This document shows, one piece after another, positions 1 through 8,405 of a stretch of 8,405 bases of DNA. Position 1 is the stretch's first letter, and each line of letters starts with the position of its first letter. The translations under genes were made by a program, and so were the position numbers. Source of the DNA: Salpingoeca rosetta (taxonomy: Eukaryota > Protista > Choanoflagellata); NCBI GenBank assembly GCA_033442325.1, contig JAWQFM010000037.1, positions 1-8,405 on the forward strand, written 5' to 3'. The notes under the pieces are model-generated. The model was not told where the DNA came from. It was given only the letters and a program-made list of their open reading frames with translations, and did not search any database.

Positions 1-180
1 CGGTACGTTGTATGTGTGTGTTTTATGTGTGTGTGTTTTAAGTGCGTGCACGTTGAGATGTGTGGCTTTGCGGCCCATTTCTCGAGCTGTTTCGCTGTTC
101 CAAGCACTGAATACCGCCTCACTGGCTCTGCATCTCCATGCGAATGCTTGGTGTATGTGTGTGTACGTGTGTGTACGTGT

Positions 181-214
181 GTGTTTGGTGTTTGGTGTTT
201 GGTGTTTGGTGTTT
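181..214. repeat. Tandem 7-mer (GTGTTTG) x ~4.9 just upstream of the acceptor at 221
   Basis: Read directly from the sequence. Confidence 0.9.
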
Positions 215-221
215 CTATCAG

Positions 222-659
222 GGCAAGAAGCGTTCGTCAACCAACGCCACGCCCGGGAAGAAATCGAAGCAGACGTCTGTCAAGTCCTTTGGTGAGACGC
301 TGCTGCTATTATTGGTGTTGGAAGCGACTGGCTGTGCTTGCTCGCAGTCATCCATTGAGCGGCAGCCGTGATGGTCGCGCGCGCGCACGCACGCACATAC
401 GTACACACACTCTCACATTCTCTCGCTGTCACTGACTCACTTGCACACACACACACATGCCCACACATGCACAGTTGAGCGAATTCCGAAGAAGAAGGCT
501 GCGGCGAGTGCCGGCAGCGACGATGAATTCCAAAAGAAGCAGATCACCCCAAAGCTTGTCACGGTACGGCAGCCTGCTGCGCTCTGTATGTGTGTGCGTG
601 TGTGTGCGTGTGCGTGTGTATGTGCGTGTGCATGTGCATGTGCATGTGCGTGTCTGTGC

Positions 660-711
<52 letters not shown>

Positions 712-1113
712 GTGGCTGGTTTTTGCAGCATCCTACACTACGTTGCTGTCCGCCTTGATTTTACTCCGCCGCTGCTCACACTCGATTGCCGTGTGGTCCG
801 ACAGAAATGGATGCAACCTGTTGCCGCGCACATCAAGACGTTGGCGGATGAGGGCGCAGAGTTTGAGGACAAGAGCGGGGTGAGCACGACAGCAGCCGCA
901 CTTGTTCGCATCATTTGCAGCACCTCTGAGCATAGCATATGTATTGCATGCACACACGCCTCACTGCTCTGTCCGCCTGCCATTCCCCCCGCCCCTTTGC
1001 CTCACAACCCTTGCACACACGTCACCCTTTCATCTCCTCCTTAACTGATGTACTCATGTAATCATCGGCCCATTACTCTCGCCTCCTCTCCCCTCCACAC
1101 ACACACACACACG

Positions 1114-1204
<91 letters not shown>

Positions 1205-2157
1205 CACACTTCTTGCTGGGACAGGCCTTGCTTGCTGTTGGCGACCACATTACGCGGGTACGGGAGAAGAACGAGGTGCAGTATGACAAGGGGGAGGCCA
1301 AGACGGCGCTGTGGCTGCACGTGGCAACACGCACCCGCCCCGACGACGCCCAGAACCAGAGCAAGACCCTGCGCCGCGTGTACAAGACGCTCAAGACGAA
1401 GGCAGCGAGCGGTGGAAATGGTGGAGATGGCAAGGCGAAAACGAAGGCCACACCGTCACCATCATCGTCGAAGGCAGCATCGGCAAAGAAGGGAACAAAG
1501 GCGCCCGCGTCAGCGAAGGGGAAGCCCATGAGGCAAGGCAGCGGTAGCAAATCCAGCACGAAGAAGACAGCAGCGGCAGGAGCGAGCGCCACCAAGAAAG
1601 CAGGGAAGCCACTGCTGGTCGCATCTTCGTCACTCTCATCGTCATCGTCATCGTCATTGGCTCGGGACGCTGCGAGAGGAAAGAGTGCGCAGCGGAGAGC
1701 GGCGCCGCCGCAATCGCACTCGTCCCCGGCAGCCAAGGCAGCACGCATGATGGCTGGCAGACCCAGGCCCACAACTGCAGGCAACGCCAGCAGTGGCAGT
1801 GGCAGTGGCAGTGGTGTTCGCGCAACGCACAGAAGCCCGCACGGATCACCCATGGCTCGGGCGTCGCAACCTCCACCATCATCATCGTCATCGTCATCGT
1901 CATCGACAGCACAGACGAGTCGACAACGGCCGCCGCCACCTGCGGTGGGCAGCAGCAACAACAGCAACAGCAACAGCAGTGGGAAAAGGGCCGCAGTCGG
2001 TGGTGCGCCGGCAAAGCGGGCGAAGATGACAGCAGGACAAGGGACGTTGGACAAGTTCAGGCAAGCACGTGCGCCACCACCTTCATCAACAGCAGGAACA
2101 GCAGGAACAGCGAAACAGGCAGCCCAGGGTGGCAGTGGGTCAGGATTGTCTTCGTAG
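222..2157 (+). CDS. CHD1: 3' part of a probable CHD1/CHD2-family chromatin remodeller (5'-partial); exons 222-291, 475-563, 805-879, 1225-2157; preceded by a probable intron 3-221
   Basis: Acceptors tatcag(221), cacag(474), gacag(804), gacag(1224) and donors GTGAGA(292), GTACGG(564), GTGAGC(880) join in frame: GKKRSSTNATPGKKSKQTSVKSF-VERIPKKK...ITPKLVT-KWMQPVAAHIKTLADEGAEFEDKSG-ALLAVGDHITRVREK...KTALWLHVATRT...SKTLRRVYKTLK..., stop TAG 2155-2157. The pattern M.PV...K.L / L..GDHI / LW..V / L..YK matches my recollection of the CHD1 C-terminal helical domain (human ERMRPVKAALKQL...LIKIGDHI...NLWIFVSKF...KLHKLYK). Chromo/ATPase domains are outside the window, so a stand-alone DUF4208 protein cannot be excluded. 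Confidence 0.8.
585..710. repeat. Intronic (TG)n microsatellite, degenerate then pure from 662-710
   Basis: Read directly from the sequence. Confidence 0.95.
805..1401 (+). other. CHCT / DUF4208 domain-coding segment (split by intron 880-1224)
   Basis: Motifs WMQPVAAHIKTL, LLAVGDHI, LWLHV and LRRVYK occur in the order seen in the CHD1 CHCT domain. Confidence 0.8.
1096..1203. repeat. Intronic (CA)n microsatellite with a short CACG interruption
   Basis: Read directly; ends about 20 nt before the acceptor at 1224. Confidence 0.95.
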
Positions 2158-2423
2158 CGTGCTTGCACATGTTTGTGTATGCGAGTATTTTGATGTTGAT
2201 GCCAGTGTTTCGCAGCTCTGTTGGTTTGCATGTATGTGTACGCGTCCGTGTGTACAGGAGTGGCCAGCCACTTGCTCACGATCATAGTCAACCCCAGTGA
2301 AAACGAATGGATGTGACCATCGAGGGAAAGCAAATGCGTTGCCAGGATGGCCGAAATAGACGGGAGTTGCAATCGATGCACAGCATGTTTGCTTGGTCAG
2401 AAGGCGGAGTGAAAGGCATTGCA

Positions 2424-2428
2424 CGTGT

Positions 2429-2474
<46 letters not shown>

Positions 2475-2487
2475 AGTGTGTGCGTGT

Positions 2488-2532
<45 letters not shown>

Positions 2533-2613
2533 TGTGTGTGTGTGCATGCGTACGCGGCTTCTGTGTCCCTCTCTCGCTCGCGCTCTCTCCCTCTCTCCCT
2601 CTCTCGCTCTCCC
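2424..2613. repeat. (GT)n tract followed by a degenerate (CT)n tract between the convergent 3' ends
   Basis: Read directly from the sequence. Confidence 0.9.
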
Positions 2614-2669
2614 TATATATGCATTCCATACATGTGGGTATGTGTGTTCCTATCAGTGATCAGTTCGCA

Positions 2670-4067
2670 TCACGGCCCAGCCAGTGCCGGAATGCGTGTG
2701 CCTGCAAGCTCGCGCGGAAACGAGCCAGGCGCGTACATGCCTTTGATGGCGTCGCGCAGTCGTGCAACGGAGTCGCCAATGGCGGCGGTTGCGGCCGGGG
2801 TGTTGATGCTTGCGCCGAGCAGCTGCTCAATAGCAAAGACGGCCTGGCACAGGATGCCTTCCTCTGCCACGTGCGTGGTGGCGAGCCGACACACGGTTCC
2901 CGGAAGAGTGGCGGGCAAGGTGGCGGCACTGCGCGCACGCGGTTCGTCGAGCACATACAGCAGCAGCGTGAGGGACTGCAGCACCACGTCGCGACTGCTT
3001 GAGTAGCGTTGAAAGTTTGTGACACATTGCCGGGCAATGGCGGAGGAATGTTGCATCACGTCCTCAGCGCTGCTGCTGAAGAGGGCGACCAGACAGTACG
3101 TGGCAAAGGCGATGAGGCGTGCCGAGCCGGCGTGCGCGTCAAACACGGAGAAGCACGCCTTGATGGCGCCGGCGTTGTGCAGGTGCTCACGATCTGTCGG
3201 GGAGAAGCTCATGTCGATGGCCCCGAGCAAGCCACGCTCGCAGGCGTTCTCGTCGCTGCTCTGGATCTGCGCCGTCACGCCCACGACCTTGGCCAGGTCC
3301 GACGTCTGTGCGTCCTCCGCGCTCGTCTCCTGCTGGATGTGGCTGCCCACCGGATAGCGAGAGAGCAGCGGCAGCAGCTTGACGAGCTGGCCGTAGAAGA
3401 CCTGGTCATTGACTGCCCCGCCCACAGATCCATCCGTCACCGCAAAGTGGTGCGGCGTGACGCGATGCAGGGCGTTGCGCAGCCAGGGGACTTTGGCGGC
3501 GGAGAACTCCTGGTCCAGCACCAGCGGTATCCACGGCACGGTGCACTGTAACGCTGACTGTAGGCTGCGCATGCACTGCTTGGTCTTGAGGAAGGAGGAG
3601 GAGAGGAGAGCCAGCACGAGGCACGCGTCTTCGGCCTTGAGCTTGTGCTTGCTGAGCGGGCTGATGGCCTTGATGTTCACGCCGACTTGTCGCAGCTCAA
3701 TCATGAGCTTCTTCGCCGTGGGGAAATCCTGGCGCGCATGCACAAGTGCAGCCCACTCGCCGTTTTCATCGCTTTGTTGTAACTGCTGTTGGTGCTGCTG
3801 CTGCTGCTGCTGTTGTTGTTGTAACTGTTGTTGTTGCTGCTGCTGCTGCTGCTGGTCCTCGCCACCACCACCGCGCTTGTGCTTCTTTTCTTTCTTCTTG
3901 TTCTTCTTGGCCTGCTGCTTCAACTCCTTCTCCCGCTGCTTGCGCTCCTTCTTCGTGAGTGGCTGTGCAGCAGTGTCCGTGTTTTCTCCTTCATCGCGTT
4001 GACCTAAGCTCGTCGCCCCTTCGCCTTCCTTCTGCTTGCGCTTCTGCACGGAGCCAGCGCTGCCCAT
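2670..4067 (-). CDS. Intronless 465-aa protein: N-myristoylation motif, polybasic tract, polyQ, TIR-like (TIR_2-type) domain, ARM-like helical repeats
   Basis: Stop-free ORF; ATG 4067-4065 in the context GCCAGCCACCATGG; TGA 2672-2670. aa ~105-237 follow the TIR pattern: ALVHARQDFPTAKKLMIELRQVGVNI (betaA-alphaA-betaB), CLVLALLSSSFLKTKQCMRSLQSA (betaC-alphaC), PWIPLVLD (betaD), PWL. aa ~257-440 contain ~42-aa helical repeats (e.g. NAGAIKACFSVFDAHAGSARLIAFATYCLVAL; GTVCRLATTHVAEEGILCQAVFAIEQL). Confidence 0.85.
   Translation of the reverse strand: MGSAGSVQKRKQKEGEGATSLGQRDEGENTDTAAQPLTKKERKQREKELKQQAKKNKKKEKKHKRGGGGEDQQQQQQQQQQLQQQQQQQQQHQQQLQQSDENGEWAALVHARQDFPTAKKLMIELRQVGVNIKAISPLSKHKLKAEDACLVLALLSSSFLKTKQCMRSLQSALQCTVPWIPLVLDQEFSAAKVPWLRNALHRVTPHHFAVTDGSVGGAVNDQVFYGQLVKLLPLLSRYPVGSHIQQETSAEDAQTSDLAKVVGVTAQIQSSDENACERGLLGAIDMSFSPTDREHLHNAGAIKACFSVFDAHAGSARLIAFATYCLVALFSSSAEDVMQHSSAIARQCVTNFQRYSSSRDVVLQSLTLLLYVLDEPRARSAATLPATLPGTVCRLATTHVAEEGILCQAVFAIEQLLGASINTPAATAAIGDSVARLRDAIKGMYAPGSFPRELAGTRIPALAGP
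2748..3299 (-). other. Armadillo-like repeat region (about 4 repeats)
   Basis: Recurrent helix-H/Y-x5-6-hydrophobic helix units spaced ~42-44 aa apart (H312, Y355, H399); all-helical amphipathic pattern. Confidence 0.65.
3357..3755 (-). other. TIR-like domain (aa ~105-237), with Ser168 at the position of the catalytic Glu
   Basis: By-eye alignment to the TIR_2 consensus (FISYsrkD...a..L...L...G..V / vlvllSp.yl.S.wC..El..A / .iiPv.l). Here C165-M-R-S168 (codon AGC, 3566-3564) stands where CxxE is expected. Confidence 0.7.
3774..3854 (-). repeat. Coding CAG/CAA repeat (interrupted polyglutamine, aa 72-98)
   Basis: (TGC)n/(TGT)n on the + strand, in frame as a Q tract interrupted by L, H and L. 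Confidence 0.9.
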
Positions 4068-4230
4068 GGTGGCTGGCTTTCTTGCTTCCTTGTTGCTTGC
4101 TTGCTTGCTTGCTTCTTGCTTGTCTCTTTTGTTGTTGGGAGGAGGACGTTGAGTGTTGCAGATTCGTGAGTGACACCCAACAAATTTCCGAAATCACAAC
4201 AACAGCGAAACAGCAGCCAAAAGACAGAAG
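4068..4230. promoter_or_regulatory. Probable bidirectional promoter plus both 5' UTRs
   Basis: 163 bp between divergent ATGs at 4067 (-) and 4231 (+). Each flank is A-rich on its own sense strand, with a strand-composition switch near 4150-4175. Confidence 0.65.
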
Positions 4231-6291
<2,061 letters not shown>

Positions 6292-6847
6292 ACCCCTGTG
6301 TGGAACCTCTGTGTGTGTGTGTGTGTGTCGCTTACCGAACAAGTTGCAAATTACACGTTGCAATTGGCAAAGTGAATTGATAACGCGGTGCGTGCATGCA
6401 TGCAAGCACTGCCCAACAACGAAACCGCTTTGTTTGGTGGGGAGGCGACTCAGTGGTGACACATGTGATTAATGATGAACCGACATGACGCAAGAGTCGA
6501 CCCACACACAACATTGTGGAGGGCGCACCCTGACGCAAAGACAGACGATGGTGTACTGGTCAAGTAAAATCAATGCACGAGTTTGCGCGTGTTGCGTGTG
6601 CGCGCCCCTGCGTGCTGTGCGAGCTTCGCCTTCGCGTGGTGGTTGAACCTGATGTTCCATTAATCTTTTCCACTCTCTTCTGTAGCGCGTTCGGTTTCTT
6701 TGGGCTTTTGGGTATTGATCGTCGCGCGAGGCGAGCCGTTGTCAAATCAAAGCAGCCACATCTTAGCATCTTTGGCGTCTTCGTCTTCTGAAGCACCATT
6801 TCCCACCCACTCGTCTGCACCAAGTTCGGCCTGCAACAGAGAGCATC

Positions 6848-6969
6848 ATGGCACGCAGACGAAGCTTCCCCACAAGTGGGATGGCAATTGCCGCCTTATG
6901 GCTCTTATGGCTTGTGTGTCTTGGTGGACCAGGATGGGCAAGCTTCTCCGCCCACCCCGTTGCCGAGGC

Positions 6970-7027
<58 letters not shown>

Positions 7028-7375
7028 TGTGTGTGTGTGTGTGTGTCTGTGTGTGTGTGTCTGTGTCTGTGTCTGTGTGTGTCTGTGTATGTGTGTGTGT
7101 GTGTGTCTGTGTCTGTGTAAGTGCGCTCACATCTGTGTTTGCACATGCTCACCCAACTACCTCACCATTCAAATGATCCTTGTCCTCCCCCTTTTTTCCT
7201 GTGATGCCCAATCTCACCCAGCCATATGTGGCATGTTGGCGCGTTTGTTGTGATGTGCTGTGATGACAGGCACTCACGCTCGGAAATGAGATTCCACCAA
7301 CACAGTTTCTTCATGAAGTGGTAAGAAGGAACTCCCTCCGTTTCTGTCTGGACCCACAGCTTGTATGCAAGCAAT

Positions 7376-7421
<46 letters not shown>

Positions 7422-8405
7422 ATGCGTGTGCTGCACTGCACACACTCACCACCGGCCTTGTGCTGCCATGCCTGTGCGCTTGCCTATGCGACATCCTCGA
7501 TGATATCTGCTGTTAGGTTGGCCATGGATGCGTGCAATTGAGCCCATCCAGTTCGGGCTACTACTTTGAATCAGGATTTGACACGGGCGTGTCTCGCACA
7601 CGCTGTCCTACAGGTGCGAACTATCATGTGTGTGTGCGTGTGTGTGTGTGTCTGTGTCTGTGTCTGTGTGTCTGTCTGTGCGTGCGTACGTGCATGACCT
7701 GCGCATTGACTTACACCGTGGCTCGTACTGACATTGTGTGCTGGTTTCGTTTCAACTTACAGGCGGAATGTGCCAATGTCGTCGATTTGATGACTGCCAA
7801 AGCGGAGGTGAGCATGCGCTCGGTGGACACCAGTGTTGACTTTTCCATGTCTGGCAGATGATTCGTTTGAAGCTACACTCAACCACACACGCACATTTTC
7901 TCACCCACACGCTCACATGCAAATCCACACACACACACACACACACACTGCAGGATGTCAACGTGTGTATGAGTGCAACGACACGGAATCGAATGGCTGT
8001 GTTGCGATCTCAAACTGCACCCAGACCGTCTTTGAGACCACATTCGAGGTGCGATTGTCGCGGACAGTCACCACGCTGTGTTGCTTCACAAGGCCTCACC
8101 TTGCGTACGTTAGTTGGTGTCGAACAAGGCAGGTCCTTTCCTTCCCAATATCTCTCTCACCACTATTCCGTGATTGTGTGCCCGATGTCCCATTCCATCT
8201 CCTCAGGTTGTCGTCGACTGCCGCGAGCCGCTTGATGAGCGCGATGAGGCCGGTATCGACTTCTTCGGCATGCGCTGGAAGCAGGCCCTCGCTGAGGACT
8301 GCAGCATTGGACGCGTAAGTCGCTCACGCGCCTGTGTCTATGTTGTGTGATTGTGTTGAGTTTGTGTGTACGCGTCTGCGTGTGTGCTTTGATGTGTGCA
8401 GGTGT
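6848..8405 (+). CDS. Uncharacterised secreted or membrane Cys-rich protein (3'-partial); exons 6848-6970, 7270-7320, 7517-7613, 7763-7807, 7954-8048, 8207-8314, 8402->end
   Basis: Frame-consistent GT..AG junctions give MARRRSFPTSGMAIAALWLLWLVCLGGPGWASFSAHPVAEA-ALTLGNEIPPTQFLHEV-VGHGCVQLSPSSSGYYFESGFDTGVSRTRCPT-GGMCQCRRFDDCQSG-GCQRVYECNDTESNGCVAISNCTQTVFETTFE-VVVDCREPLDERDEAGIDFFGMRWKQALAEDCSIGR-V. It has a signal-peptide-like N-terminus (basic n-region, hydrophobic h-region) and N-glycosylation sequons NDT and NCT. An alternative start Met lies at 6881. Confidence 0.8.
6971..7117. repeat. (GT)n/(GTCT) microsatellite beginning at the intron donor
   Basis: Read directly from the sequence. Confidence 0.95.
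7381..7420. repeat. Intronic (GT)20
   Basis: Read directly from the sequence. Confidence 0.95.
7627..7692. repeat. Intronic degenerate (GT)n
   Basis: Read directly from the sequence. Confidence 0.9.
7926..7948. repeat. Intronic (CA)n directly before the acceptor at 7953
   Basis: Read directly from the sequence. Confidence 0.9.

Noticed and set aside
87-150. Possible extra CHD exon within 3-221
   Set aside because: Weak splice sites and no recognisable homology; a single intron 3-221 (GTACGT..TATCAG) is simpler. Not excluded without cDNA.
181-214. GGTGTTT repeat as telomeric sequence or CRISPR
   Set aside because: Only ~5 copies, no spacers, not a TTAGGG-type unit, and intronic.
1062-2381. 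439-aa minus-strand ORF
   Set aside because: Antisense shadow of the GC-rich, low-complexity CHD terminal exon plus a microsatellite; no domain-like sequence.
2419-4002. Several plus-strand ORFs of 100-200 aa
   Set aside because: Shadow frames opposite the 465-aa TIR-ARM gene.
2670-4067. Calling the TIR-ARM gene SARM1
   Set aside because: Domain order is reversed, no SAM domains are present, and the catalytic Glu is absent.
4132-4183. 8-bp inverted repeat TTGTTGGG / CCCAACAA in the divergent promoter
   Set aside because: Explained by the mirrored AAC-rich composition of two opposing 5' UTRs; too short to support a MITE or hairpin.

Overview
Compact, intron-rich eukaryotic genomic DNA with GT/CA/CT microsatellites in most introns. 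The style suggests a unicellular holozoan such as a Salpingoeca-like choanoflagellate (inference, not proven). Most ORFs in the supplied track are microsatellite or shadow artefacts. Manual splicing (GT..AG, frame-consistent) gives four genes. (1) + strand: 3' end of a probable CHD1/CHD2 chromatin remodeller with a CHCT/DUF4208 domain and a long basic disordered tail (stop 2157). (2) - strand: intronless 465-aa protein (4067->2670) with an N-myristoylation motif, polybasic and polyQ tracts, a TIR-like domain lacking the catalytic Glu, and ARM-like repeats. (3) + strand, head-to-head with (2) only 163 bp away: 7-exon, 142-aa calmodulin-like / myosin light chain-like EF-hand gene (4231-6291). 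(4) + strand: 5' part of an unrecognised signal-peptide, Cys-rich protein (6848 to the window end). The best candidate for a novel system is the putative membrane-anchored, non-catalytic TIR-ARM adaptor divergently paired with the EF-hand gene. All family assignments are from by-eye motif recognition and need HMM or structure confirmation.
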